This document shows positions 23,036-38,315 of a stretch of DNA of 64,000 nucleotides, piece after piece (positions within the stretch are counted from its first letter, which is position 1; each line of letters opens with the position of its first letter). The notes below the pieces were generated by a model. The model worked only from the letters and a program-made list of their open reading frames with translations. It was not told the DNA's origin and did no database searches. This stretch comes from Eledone cirrhosa (Eukaryota). Where the stretch lies: assembly GCA_964016885.1 (NCBI GenBank), contig OZ024740.1, positions 227,106,001 through 227,170,000 on the forward strand. Reading direction: 5' to 3'. Made by a program: the position numbers and the translations under genes.

Positions 23036-23530
23036 GGAGGAATTTAGTATCATCATCATCATCATCATCATTTGATAGTTAGTAGTAATTAATTTTCACA
23101 CAAAATATGGCTCCATGCCTCATCAATGAAATATAATTTGCTTATTTTCAAGCTTAATGTAAAAATTCTGTTTCATATGTCTCCCTTTTTTCTGTTTAAA
23201 TTTATTTTATTCTGTTTATACATCTTTTACTATTATATTTTTATTATTTGATAGAAAATATTTTAACATATATAAAGAATGATATGCTCATGCACAGAGA
23301 TGCTATAAAATAGATTATTAAATAGAGTGAAGAACCTTTTATAGGCTATTTAAAGCATCATCATGCATGAGCACATTATTGTTTATCATTACTTTATTTT
23401 CTCAGCATTTCAAGAGTCCAAGAGATCAGCTATGTATATATAATGTTTCTTTGTCAACATACAGTGTCTGTTGATATCTGAAAGCTGTAATTCAGCTATC
23501 TATCAAATTTAAGAATGTAACATCTGTCAT

Positions 23531-23605
23531 GGTCCCTTGGCTCAATGGTTAAAAGTGCCTAGCCGATACCTGAGAGATATGGGGTTTGATTCCTCATAGA
23601 AACCA
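23531..23605 (+). pseudogene. tRNA-like sequence (pseudo-tRNA or SINE head; GAT at the anticodon position)
   Basis: GGTCCCT-TGGCTCAATGGTTAAAAGTG...CCGATAC...TGGGG-TTTGATT-CCTCA...AACCA. A/B boxes are present but the acceptor and anticodon stems are mismatched. Confidence 0.5.
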
Positions 23606-24498
23606 AAGGCAATTTCTTTTTCCGTCTTTTACAGATCTTAATCCTACTTTCTTACACAAGCACATCATTCTTTATATTAACTTTATCTTCTCAGTGTTTT
23701 AAAAGTTTGAGAGATTGGCTATGTATACACAATTTTAACATATAGTTTTAAAGAAAGATAATCTTTATAATGCTATGAATCTGATCATTTGAGAAATGCT
23801 TTCTAATTTTAGAATAAGTGCTACAATCAAATTCTAGAAATTAAATCTTCTGTGTCTCAAATTGGTTCCACTGGGAAGTGCTTAAGTGACATAAGTTATT
23901 TCTGAACAATTTACTTATAAACATAGTTATTTCATCTAAATTTCTTCTGAAATACACATTATTTCAGGGAAAATCCTATGATTTATTTAATAAACATATT
24001 TCTTTGGGAAAACTTATATACAATAATTATTTTATAGCAGTTATTTATAGATATGATGAACAAAATTAAACAGATCGGAATATATTGTACATCATTTTTC
24101 TTCATTTGTGAGAATTGATAATTTAGTGGGGGAGGGGTCTTTGGTAATCTCGTTTGTTTAATTTTCTTATTAGAGAGAACATGACATTTATTTTAATCTA
24201 TTAATAAGAAAATTAAATAGAATATTATCAAAAACAAATTATCTCTACCCAAATTATTTCATCATTCTATTTTAATATATTTCACCATGGAAATTCATAA
24301 AAACTGGTGAGACATTCATTAGTAAGGGTGAATAAAACCACTATCTGTTGTGTTGTAGAAATAATTCTACCATGCAGCCATGATCCTTCTCCTACCAACA
24401 AACTGTTTATAGTCAAAATTGGTGAAGAACGTTTGTGTACTTTTATTTTCTGATTAGGAATGATGTCTGACCTTTTCTTATTGCTAATATATAGTTTT

Positions 24499-24619
24499 AT
24501 TCTGAGTTCAAATTCTGCCGAGGTTAACTTTTCCTTTCATCCTTACGGGGTCGATAAAATAAAGTACCAGTAATGTACTGGGTAATTGTTGGCCTTGTGC
24601 CAAAAGTAGAAACAATTAT
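24499..24619 (+). mobile_element. SINE family A, 5'-truncated
   Basis: Matches the family A consensus from the B box to AGAAACAATTAT. Confidence 0.85.
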
Positions 24620-25230
24620 ATATCATCCCTATGCCTTGTCATTTTATTGTCTCATCTACCCTTCCAGCTAGTAGAATGGTTTACATTTTTTTAAAAGATA
24701 GAAGTACTTGTTTATTATATAATTTATGTATATTTTTTACCTGCAAAGTCTTGAGCAAGGTTCAATTCTAGTTAAAGTTAAGTATTCTATATTGTTGCTT
24801 CTTTTCTTTTCTATCATCTATATATCCTCATCATCATCAAAAGTTGGACGGGTCTACATAGAACAAGTCAGTTCTGAAGCAAGACTACTGACTTCCCAGA
24901 CAGGCCAAGGGGTCTGTATCCCCCTAACAAAAGGTCATATTGAGGGCAGAGGAGACGTTCTTATGTCTTTTGACCTATCTGTTTCAATATCTTTATATCT
25001 CATCAGTAGAGCTCAAAATTAATTAGATTTACAATATATTATTAGTGAATTTAAGTTATAGTTATGTATATAAACCATATATGTGCAGGAAAGATATAAC
25101 AAAAAAGGAAGGGAACAGCAATGTCTTTGCCTGCCAATCTGTTGGCATACTAAAGCTTAACAGGATTTAAATGTTCTTACTGTAATTCACATTAAACAAT
25201 ATATAAATGTTTCTACATTACTGACCAACA

Positions 25231-25495
25231 GGTGCATGACTTAGTGGTTAGAGTGTTGAGCTTACAATCATGAGGTTGTGAGTTTCATTCTCGGACCAGA
25301 TAATGTGTTGAATCCTTGAGCAAGATACTTTATTTAATGTTGCTCCAATACACTCAACAGTAGAAATGAGTTGTGACATCACTGGTGCCAAGCTATATCA
25401 GCCATTGCCTTTCCATTGGACAACATCGGTGGTCTTCCACAAACAACCAACTTGTGCCTTAAAAGGGAAACATTCTAAGTGCAAATCCCATTATA
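25231..25495 (+). mobile_element. SINE family B
   Basis: Paralog of 460-810. Confidence 0.7.
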
Positions 25496-26246
25496 TCTTT
25501 ATATTACCTTTACCTTTATTGACCAACAACAAAAGAATTTTTTTTTTTAAATCATATGAGATGGAAGACAGTAGTAGAGAAAACATAAAATAATGTAAAT
25601 GATACAACATATGATATATTCCTTTATATATTTCTTAGAACAGTCTATAAAATATTAGCATGTACATCTTGAGTATTTATAAAATATTGAAATATTTATA
25701 TAAATAAATTCATTCTAATTGGAGACATAAGTTAAAGAAAAAAAATGATATCCAAGAAAAAAATGGAAATTTAATTATTGTAAAACTGCCTTTATAAAGT
25801 TACTTGACTTGAAAATGAAAATTAAAATAGTCCTAATTCTATTAATGAATAATTTTATTAGTTGAAAATATTTTTTTTTATTTCTTACATCAGAAAAATA
25901 TCTAATTTTCTCATTTCTAATTTCAAAAAGTATTTTACATACATACATAAACAAACTCACACACACACACGCACACACATACACACATACACATATATAT
26001 ATAAATATATACAATATATATATATACACGTAAAAGGTAAACAGAAATAACAACACAATCGGTACAGTATATTGGGTTAACGCTTGATATACTCCTACAT
26101 TTATTCATTTTGCTTTTATATATATATATATTAATAAAAGGAATTCCAAGTTTGTCTGATTTACTTGTTTTATTTACAATCCTTTAAAATTTATAATGGT
26201 ATTAGAATGAAATAGTATGGTAGAATGCTAAATGCTAAGTGTTAAT

Positions 26247-26285
26247 TGAACAAGTACTTTCATGCTTTCGCAATCTTCAGGTTCA
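26247..26285 (-). ncRNA. Minimal type I hammerhead ribozyme (family 2, left arm)
   Basis: Minus strand: TGAAC-CTGAAGA-TTGC-GAAA-GCAT-GAAA-GTAC-TT-GTTCA. Stem I TGAAC/GTTCA, GNRA-capped stem II, palindromic AAGTACTT. Confidence 0.8.
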
Positions 26286-26350
26286 CATTCTGTGGTGACA
26301 GTCAAGTTTGCAATTTTCAACTGTGCAAACTTGACTGTCACCACAGAATA

Positions 26351-26389
26351 TGAACCTGAAGATTGTGAAAGCATGAAAGTACTTGTTCA
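26351..26389 (+). ncRNA. Minimal type I hammerhead ribozyme (family 2, right arm)
   Basis: Plus strand: TGAAC-CTGAAGA-TTGT-GAAA-GCAT-GAAA-GTAC-TT-GTTCA (CpG to TpG change in stem II retains a U-G pair). Confidence 0.75.
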
Positions 26390-27193
26390 ATTAACACTTA
26401 ACATTTAGTATTCTACCATACTATTTCATTCTAATACCATTATAAATTTTAAAGGATTGTAAATAAAACGAGTAAATCAGACAAAGTTGGAATTCCTTTT
26501 ATTAATATAATCTTCTATACACAATCATACACACCTGTGTATATTTATATATATATATATATATATATAGTATTAGTTATATATATATATATCAATATGC
26601 TTCAAGGCAAACTTTACTTTTTAGTATTTTTAGGAATGTAGAAGCCAGTTGTACCAGTTACTACATGCCAAAATATACTCATAACATTTAATCCTATTAG
26701 ACTGGCTACTCCATTAGTGAGTCTCTTTACCCCTTTTGGAGGTCATAGTAGCAACAACGAATTATGCATCTCCATTCTTTAATTACTGTATAACCTGAAA
26801 TATATAACTGCAATCTTATGAAATACACATGAAGCTTACAATACAGCCTCGTTATCTATTTGCATCTAGGTTAATGGCTGGAATATTTGAGAGACAGCAG
26901 CCTTAGCCACAAACAAAATACACTATTTCTAGCAGGATATAACCAGGCAACCTCTTAGCAACCACTATCCCATCAATTTGGCCAACAATGATGTAGATAC
27001 ATCATATGCAACCAACTATATATATATATATATATATATGTGTGTAATATATATAGTTCAAGAATAGACAAGACATACAGGGAGATGCAAAAACATAGTC
27101 TTATTACTTTCACACTTAGGAAGATATATATATATAGTATATATACATATATATATACATATATATATATATATAGTATATATTTATACATAT

Positions 27194-27298
<105 letters not shown>

Positions 27299-27659
27299 GT
27301 TGGTAAAATTCATAAAATAGGTTCACAGAGCATGAGGAGAATGAGTTCTGCCATATTTTGATAATTTTGGCAGCCAAAGTATGCTGTGCAAAAGCATCAA
27401 ATCTCATCTATCGTCATGGCACAAAAACTTGTATCATTTTATGAATATTTTAAAATATTTCTAATGATGCAAACCATTATTAGATTCCTCGGACTCTTGT
27501 GTTTTTTCTCTTTGATATATTTTTACTAGTTTTATATTGTTAGTATAAAAAAAGAATAGAAAATTTAATGATATGTTAATAAAGTGAATATATATTTCCA
27601 ATTGAGAAAAATCAATGTAAATTACTACTTAGAGTTTTTATTGTGGGAATGGTCTATAT

Positions 27660-28005
27660 ATACATGCATGCATGGTCCCATGACTCCTGAAAGAGACTTA
27701 GAGGCAACATATTGATGTACATCATTTCTAGGGCATTTTTAAACCTGGTGGCGCCCGTTTCTTCTCCAGGTCTGAACACAGCAGATTTCTTCCAAAGTAG
27801 GATAGAGAGTGAAAGAAAGGAAGTGAGAAAGAAACACAGAGGAAGAATTGACTCATGTACTTGACTGGTACTTTTTTTATCAACCTCGGATGGGTGAAAT
27901 GCAAAGTTGACCTTGGCATGTTTTGAACTCAGAGAGCAGGGAGTTAAAACATACAGCAAAGCATTCTATCCAACATTCTCTCAACTCTGCCAATTTTCCG
28001 CCCTG
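27660..28005 (-). mobile_element. SINE family A derivative with an alternative 3' tail
   Basis: Paralog of 13315-13580. Confidence 0.6.
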
Positions 28006-28455
28006 GTCTCAATATAAAACACAGTAAAAGTTGTACATATTTAATATACCTAAACAAAGAAATTTTAGGTGGCTTTAGAAATGTATCTTACTCACTTGGA
28101 AATATTCTGCTTGACTATGTATTCTCCATATATTTGTATATGTATACATATGATTGTTGAATATACCATGATAAAATGTGCTCAGACCAAACTGTAAAAT
28201 AGAAGTGTGGGTGCTATGAGGTGGAAGTTGTAGTGCCACAATAAAATACACACAGCACATGCCATGAGGGGGTAGGCAATTCTAGAAACCATGCATTAGC
28301 TTCATAATGTGACAACCTGTCTCATGCAAACATGGAAAATAGATATAAAATGGCGAAACATATATATGATAGCCTCTCCTGTCGATTTTGACATATGAGG
28401 ATCCAAGATGTAGACACCTTCTGATGAGACCCCAATAAAGGGTAAAAACTCAATT

Positions 28456-28612
28456 TGTAATTTTCTTTGATTTTTCAAGTTACACAAAAGTATGTGTAAC
28501 ATACTTGCATATCAATATCAATATATTCAATGTGTAATTTTCTTTGATTTTTCAAGTTACACAAAAGTATGTGTAACATACTTGCATATCAATATCAATA
28601 TATTCAATGTGT
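28456..28612 (+). repeat. Perfect 77-bp tandem duplication
   Basis: TGTAATTTTCTTTGATTTTTCAAGTTACACAAAAGTATGTGTAACATACTTGCATATCAATATCAATATATTCAATG occurs twice. Confidence 0.9.
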
Positions 28613-28699
28613 ATATTTCTATACACATTATATGCATTAATCCAGTTTTGGTTGATACTGTACTGTATATATATGTGTAGTATATGTATATACATCTAA

Positions 28700-28926
28700 A
28701 GCCTGGAGGTCCATCGAGCCAGTGATTATCCTGGTTTCATGACATGAAGTGACTAAGAGTAAAATACTTCCTACTGGAAAGGATGCCTGTCCATCACAGA
28801 GTTAAACCTATTGCATGAAATGAAGTGTCTTGCTCAAGAACACAATACACAACCCAGTCCAAGAATCGAACCCACTAAATTATGATCATAAGTCTAACAC
28901 CCTTACCACAAGACTATGCGCTTCCA
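28700..28926 (-). mobile_element. SINE family B variant
   Basis: Reverse complement of the 3851/11607 type (AAGTGTCTTGCTCAAGAACACAA...AATCGAACCC). Confidence 0.7.
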
Positions 28927-29761
28927 TATGTATATACATCTAAATACAAAAATACTCTAACAAACATTCACACATATATGTATTCAAACACACACTTCTT
29001 TATAAATTTATATATTGTGACAATATGTGTGTCTATGCCATATAATAGTCTGCTAGTTTGCATGCTAAAATTTAACATATTCTCTATAATATCGAGAGAC
29101 TAACATGATGCTTCCAAGAAGTCTACCAATTCCTAATTCTCTATTAATATTTTATATTCTATACATATTTTGATATTTTGTATACAATTCACAGGTTCTT
29201 CAATGCATATGAAAGTGCATTGTACACACAAATAACATGCTTAATATAATAACATATAGCATATACCCAATATTAACATATATATATATATATCACATTT
29301 ACATCATCAAATAATATCAAGCACATACACACACATAGATATACATATACACACTGATATTGTTCTTCAAGATTGTGAAAATATATTGAAAGTCTTTGTG
29401 AAAAAGCATTGTTAAAGAACTGCTAAGTTGATTGTTATTTATTATTATAGCACATCCCTGTACATTGGTATATGTGAGGTATTTAGGATAGTAGTAGTAG
29501 TGGTGGTGGTGATGATAGTAGTAGTAGTAAAGGTTGATAGTACTTTATCTAAAAGCATTTCAGAATTCAGATTCTTTGGTGGGCTGTGGGATTTTACAAT
29601 CACTGCATATTTCCATTTATATTATAGGACAGCTAGCAAATGGGACTGGTGTCTAAGCACATTATCCATCTACATTTCAAAATACAGCCTATGTATAGAC
29701 CATTAATATAGTTTCACATAGTATACACAGTATAGTAATTGAGAAGATCCAAGCACTGCAA

Positions 29762-29884
29762 CACTGATGGAAAATGTGTGTGGACCACAACGGGATTATG
29801 TTGAAAAATAAAAATAAACCTCATTTGGGCACATTCTGTGAGAGTATCTTGGTCAGCCTATGAACTTTTCAGCTGACCTTCATA
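29762..29884 (+). mobile_element. Mariner transposon 3' end remnant
   Basis: WKMCVDHNG/DYVEK* resembles the mariner transposase C-terminus. TIR CAGCCTATGAACTTTTCAGCTGACCTTCATA is complementary to the 60786 sequence. Confidence 0.7.
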
Positions 29885-30507
29885 ATTGAGGGGAGCAAGA
29901 GATATTTTTTATGTTTTCTAGAGTGTCAGGGCAGCAAACTTAAGAACCATCCTGGACAGCAGAAATTCTAGCAATTTTACTGAGTTTATAGTGAAATTAT
30001 TAATACATTTTAATAATTTTATATACCTTTATATACTGGTAATGTCACTTACACTCATATGGATTTTTACGTAGCTGTAAAACTATACAATACTTTTGTA
30101 CAGTACTTTCTGTGCTGGTTCTCCTCACACAAATACTTGAACACTGCTTACAAAATAAAATAAATGCAACAAGAGATAATATAACTACATTAGTTGTGAG
30201 TAACCTTGTGTCAGAGAGCAGAACATCAATGACCTTCATATAAGAAAGAAAGATTTGTAAGCTCTCAGTCTCCAAATACAATGTCATATTTTTATTCAAA
30301 GTTGATGGTACAGTTATTTGCATGCAGACAAAGCTAACGGCCCACTCCATGGTCCATAAAACATATAGATCATCTGGAAACTTTGCGTGTTTTCTGGTAT
30401 TTTTCACTCATTCCCGCCTCTACATCCTGCAAAAAGTGGTGGAGTGGGGACGGGATGGAGAATTTGGTAGATTTTCAGATGTCAGGATTTCGGCTAAAGG
30501 ATTACTT

Positions 30508-32250
<1,743 letters not shown>

Positions 32251-33499
32251 AGCTGATAGCTATAGAAGCAGCAAGTAACATATATGTCAATTTATAAGTT
32301 ATGTTCAGGATAAGAACTTGAAAGCCTGATAACAAATTAAAGCTAGCAAAAGGATTTTGTCCAAAGCAAACTTGCCATTGCTATCAGATTTATTTTGACA
32401 TTTCTTATCCAAATCTAATTTCTTGAATCCATTACATTCTACATATTAAAGCCTTGAAATAATTCAATTCAAAGAAAATCTTGTAAGATTCGGCCATTTT
32501 TAGTCTGTTCATGTGACACAGTGGAGATCAGTTTAATTCTGATTTTCTTGCTGAATACAAAGAATCCGCTGGAGTAAAGATGTATCTTTGTGTCTGAATA
32601 AGAAAATAGATGCTAAACAGTATTTGAATAAAAAGCTGATCATAGTAATAGAGTACCATTGTGTGTAATAGAATTCCACAGAATGAAATAGAGTTGAAGG
32701 AGAGATTGAGTTCTAGCATCAACAGCAACAAAAGCAACAAACATTTTTTATGATTTTTTCCCCAGCTATAGTAAGGGTTAATCATGCAGACCTATAATTG
32801 GGTCTACACTCATCACAAGGACTTTTTTTAGGTAATATTTTACTGTCAGATGCTCTCCCTAGCATTAGCCTTTCTTGACACTGACTCTACCTGGCACCAG
32901 CATTTCCTGATCAACTCCCCCCCCCCTCCCAACTGCTACTGATGGTACTCATTTTAAAGCTTAGTGGACTGGAGTGATATAAAATAAAATTCTTTGCTCA
33001 AAGACACAATGCACTTTCCAGTCCAAGCAGCAGTTTTGCAATCATGATCCTATTGTAAAAAAAGCAACAGTACTATCTGCTAATGTTGAATATTTGCAAT
33101 GATGAGAATTCAAAGTTTAAAACCATGAATACAGCATTAGACTGGAGGTGATATTTGAATCATTGGTGACTCTTTGGTCACCAGGAAAACCTGAATATGT
33201 TAAAGTGGGAGAAGAAATAACAAGAAATACTAAAATAAATTTGTTAAAACTTTAAGAAACTAAAGTGTATGTGCAGACGTGCACATTTTGAAAATCTCTA
33301 GATTATATTTTTATTTAATACCCCAAAATAAATTAAATGTTTTATGCTTGTGTTTAAATAATATTTATTGTTTTGAGTCAACTTTGGCTTCCATCCTTCT
33401 CTTGTTGATAAAATAAAGAAGCAAACATGTAATGAGCCAAGTTAATTGAATAAACCTTCTCTCAAAATGTTTAGTTTTGTGCAAATGTTGGAAAGTGAA

Positions 33500-33770
33500 A
33501 AAGCATGCTTAATGGTTAGGAAGTTTGATGTATGATCATAATGTTGGTTCAGTTACTGGACTGGGTTGTGTGCTGTGTTCCTGAGCAAAACATTCTATTT
33601 CACTTTTCCCCAGTACACTCAACTGTGAGTAGCAGCAGTACCTGGGGAGTTAAACCTGTGATAGACTGGCATCTTGTCCAGGGAGAGTTTTGTACTCTCA
33701 GTTGCTTTAAGCCAGGGAAACCTGGGATAAACACTGGCCTCGTGAGCCTTCAACTTAGAACAGACTTTAA
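33500..33770 (+). mobile_element. SINE family B variant, diverged
   Basis: Paralog of 3851 and 11607. Confidence 0.65.
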
Positions 33771-34360
33771 CTAACTAACTTATGTTAGAAAATATTATTT
33801 TTCTGTAACCATTACACAATGCTTGTCACATAAAATTCAGTACTTTAAATAAAATTTATCTTGTTTTTGGGGTTTTTTTTTTCTGAAATACAAATTTATA
33901 TTTTTGAAGAATATATTTAACATGAAAAAAAATGTGTCTCTTTCATATTATTAGAAAAATATGAAAATGAATAAAACAAAAAATAAAATCAAAAATATTT
34001 TAATCAGTAAATTGTTTTAAAATACTTCTGAAGACCAGAGCTAAAGTGATAGCAGAAAAAAAATTTTATGTGAAAATCGTTGGACAGGTCAGAAAGTATT
34101 AAAATACAATGTCAAGACCTCTGATGTTCGATTAACTATCCCTCCAATCAAATGTGATGAAATTCTAATCATTCCATGTTCACACTTGTATAGAGTTTCA
34201 AATGATTTCTGTTTTAGTGAAGTAAACAGCTCCAAAAGAGACAATGAAGACTATAAACAAGAATGAACGTTGTGTAATATCAGACAGAACTGGAGGATAA
34301 AGCTTTTCATGAAATTACTCTGTATTGATAGTTAATTAGCAATGATTTCAAAAAGATCAT

Positions 34361-34591
34361 TTACCCTTTAGTTACCAACCCAACCAAAACTAGCTCTGGT
34401 TCTATGAAATAAAGTCACCCATTTTTAAGGTTTCCAATTTAAATTAAAACATAATTTCATATAAGAACCTTACATTAAGTTACTATCTTAGTAATGAAAT
34501 AATTAATAATTTCAATGAATCCCTCGAAATTCTTCATTAATTAATTAAAATAGAGTGTATTTAATTAGAACTGCAGTCATGAAAGGGTTAA
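34361..34591 (-). mobile_element. piggyBac-like non-autonomous element
   Basis: TT(T)ACCCTTT...GAAAGGGTTAA ends; internal CTGGTTCTATG motif shared with the 13011 and 14550 copies. Confidence 0.5.
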
Positions 34592-35855
34592 GCTTTTTTC
34601 TTTCTAAATTTCAATTCCTTGATATATTTATAGATTACATAGAGACATTTTTATTAAACTAGTGTACTTTAGTCATCAAATATTATGACAATTTTAGTAA
34701 TTAACCCACTTGAAATCATCAGTATTTACCTTCCATTTTATTTTAAAAGTTATTTTTGTTATGCATCAATTTAATAATGAAAATTAAGTATTTTGCTAAA
34801 TTGTTAAAAACTCTTACATAGTTTTCAAAATTATTTGAAGCATATAGACAATGTATTTCATTAGAAACCAAGAAACAAAAGCTTTAAATGATATATATTA
34901 AGTAGGACTATGTTGTGCAACAGTCATGAATGCTAAGTCTGCAAATAATTATGAGTTTGCATTGAAATTTGAGATGTGATACTCAGCTTTGCCTTCTGGT
35001 TTAATAAGCAGAAAGATCAAATTTAAAAGAATTAACTAGCATTAAATTCAAGAGAAAATTTTTATTTCATTGACTAAATGTCATGTTTAAATAAATAAAA
35101 TTAGAAACTATTTTTTCTGAAGAAAATATTGAATTTTATTTTATAAGAAATATTTCTTTTCAGGAATACAAAGAACAGCATGTTTATTTTGTTGTGTGTC
35201 TAGGCTCACAGAATGGCATTTGAAATCAAATCAGCTATAAGTTAGCTTGAAATCAATGAAGCTTGTTGCCTTTATTAGTCTAAGAAATACTTTTGCCACA
35301 AGTTATATTGCCAGCATTTATGTTAGTATGACAGTGAAAACTAATATAGGCCTATTGATTATCAGCAAAGTTTCCAATAACAATGAAACTATATTCATTA
35401 CACTTGCCATTGTTTTCAGTGACTCAGCTAAATAAAGTCTATTTATTTCCTTTGTTCACACACCATAGATCACCTTCCTTTAAATATCACTTTAGCAAAA
35501 GCCTCAAGTTTCAAGGTGCCAACTGTAAATAATAACCTGGAATAGAGTGAAGATGCTGGGTAGTCTAAATAGATGAGAAAACCTAGTTAATTTACAAGGT
35601 TGAGAAAATGGTGTATTCTTTGTTATGTCAAATATTAGATCAATTGTTTGTGTATCTCTCAACCAAATAGGAATATAATTAATCTACAAATACTACTGGT
35701 ATTTGGTTGATAAATTAAGTACCAGTCAAGGTATGTAGGGGATTTAATTGAGCCATCACCATCATTTTGTGTTTGTGCATTTATGTTAGATCCTGTTATT
35801 CTAATTATTATTGAGACTGTCAACCCACCCACCCATTATTCTGGAATCAACGTTA

Positions 35856-36037
35856 TTGGCAGTATCGGCAGAGGGTCGGACACCATGCTTTGACGCATAG
35901 AGTTACGGCCCTTGCCATTCTGAGTTCAAATCCCGCCGAGGTTAACTTTGCCTTTCATCCTTACGGGGTCGATAAAATAAAGTACCAGTAATACACTGGG
36001 AAATTGCTGGCCTTGTGCCAAAAGTAGAAACAATTAT
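35856..36037 (+). mobile_element. SINE family A (young copy)
   Basis: Near-identical to 8632-8817. Confidence 0.85.
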
Positions 36038-37157
36038 ATTACTTTACACCATTGCTATAGTCTAAGGTATTGCCCTGATTTTTGTAAAGTCAGAAATTTC
36101 TTATCTTTTTCTCAAGTTTAACTGATGAATATCTTTTATATTTTCAAGTCATTTTTGTGTCGTATCAAACTTGGCTGTGTCTTTGCTGGTCTTTAGTTTC
36201 TATGTTTTTCTGTGAGTGTGTGTGTTCTGTGAGTGTGTGTGAGAGAGATGGAGCTATTATTTTACATTCTAAAATTGATACTGTACTTCGTTTTGGATTG
36301 TGCAAAATATGTACCAGTAGTATTTGTAGATCAATTTGTTCAAATAAAAATTATTTAGAGACTGATCAAAATTGACTAATAATATGTAAACATTTATATA
36401 GGGTAGTTCATATTTTGGTTTAAATTATACAAACTTGTTTGTGGTGGAAAATCTTCCCTCTTTGACCACCAAACCATCTCCTCTCTATTCAGTTCAATTA
36501 TGATTGAGATAGATAGCTATCCACAAGAACAGATCCCCCAGCATAGAGTGGCCCTTTCAGTGCTTTATGGTAACACATTCACCATTTTGTCCTACCACTC
36601 CTCACACTCAGTTACATTGATTGTTCCTTAATATCTTATTCCATTTATCTTCTCAACATTCATCACTGCCTCTATTCCCATCATCCTTGGCAATTCATTG
36701 TTCATCTTCTCTCTGAGTAATACTCTGAAGGGACAAAATCAAAAATAAACCTTCAACATATTTATTGTCTTGGTTGTTTCATTTCTGCATTTCATTTCAT
36801 AATTGATCCTGCTAGCATTATCCATGCTAAGTTATAATTTGAGGATACATGAAAGAAAGAAATATAATGCTAAACACCATAAATTTGTCAGAATTTAAAT
36901 GTATTTTCATCTTTTTGAATTATTTCCCCACTCTATATCACACTTAATTTGTATAGAAAAATATACTTAAGTTCAGAAAGCAAAATATATAATTGGTTTT
37001 CAATTCACAAGTGTTTCATTAATCTAAAAATTTTGTTTTACCAATATTTGTGATAGCTGCAGCAAAAAACGGGATTTTCACTTTTGGAATTCATATAAGC
37101 ACTAAATAACATCAGTAGAAACTCTAAAATAAAACACCTCACACACATATATATATT

Positions 37158-37254
<97 letters not shown>

Positions 37255-37389
37255 GATAATATGAATATATATATAAATAAATATATATATAATATGAATA
37301 TATATATATATATAATATGAATATATATATATATATAATATGAATATATATATATATATATAATATGAATATATATATATATAATATGA

Positions 37390-37422
<33 letters not shown>

Positions 37423-37427
37423 TAATA

Positions 37428-37498
<71 letters not shown>

Positions 37499-37914
37499 TA
37501 TATATATATGTGTATGTGTGTATGTATATATTTCTATATATATGTGTGTATATATATATTTCTGGTCTTTGAATTATGACATAAGCAAGAAGCAACAATA
37601 TATACACACCCCACCCACCCCCACCCCCAACAACAGCAACAACAACAATAACACAATAACAACTACAAAAATTGCTATAACATATGGAAGATAGAAAACA
37701 ATTTCTGCTTGAAGAATCGTTATCAATTTTATGTGTAATCCTCTAGTAAATGTTAGGAATTATTGGAAGAATAAATCAGGAAATATATAAACATTGGATT
37801 GCAAACTGTAGAGAAGCAGAAGAAAATAAATTGACAAATTTGTTTCCAATTCTTATTGTCATTTATAGTTCATAAATAATAATAATGATGATGATGATGA
37901 TAAAATAGGTCTTC

Positions 37915-38315
37915 TGGTGGTGGTTGAGGTGGTGATTATGTGGATAACATGGGTGATGGTGATGGTGATGATAATGATAATGATGAAGATGCTGATGATG
38001 ATGGTGGTCGTGGTGGTGGTGGTGGTGGTGGTGACAGTGGTGGTGGAGGCAGTGGTTGTTGTGCTGGTGGTGGTGGTGGTGATGATGATGACAACGATGA
38101 TGATGATGATGGTGGTGGAGGTGGGGGTAGTAGTGGTGGTGGTGGTGGCAGTGGTGGTGGTGGTGGTGATAGTGATGGTGATGGTGGTGGAGGTAGTGGT
38201 TGTGGTGGTGGTGATGATGATGATGACAACGATGATGATGATGATGATGGTGGAGGTGGGGGTGCTGGTGGCAGTGGTGGTGGTGGTGGTGGTGGTGGTA
38301 GTGGTGGTGGTAGCA
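37915..38315. repeat. (GGT/GAT)n trinucleotide array with an internal duplication
   Basis: Directly visible; GTGGTGATGATGATGACAACGATGATGATGATGATGGTGG..GAGGTGGGGGT occurs twice. Confidence 0.9.

Larger units (their letters stand above)
26127..26509. mobile_element. 383-bp palindromic hammerhead-bearing element, family 2
   Basis: Arms 26127-26312 and 26324-26509 with an 11-nt loop and few mismatches (mostly transitions); left end in a (TA)n tract and another tract just downstream. Confidence 0.8.

Noticed and set aside
30045-30425. 120-aa minus-strand ORF bounded by splice-like signals
   Set aside because: No recognisable motif, and all three frames from the putative acceptor hit stop codons.
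32528-32610. Possible minus-strand terminal exon after a TTTTCTTATTCAG acceptor
   Set aside because: Short peptide with no recognisable similarity; such acceptors are common by chance in AT-rich DNA.
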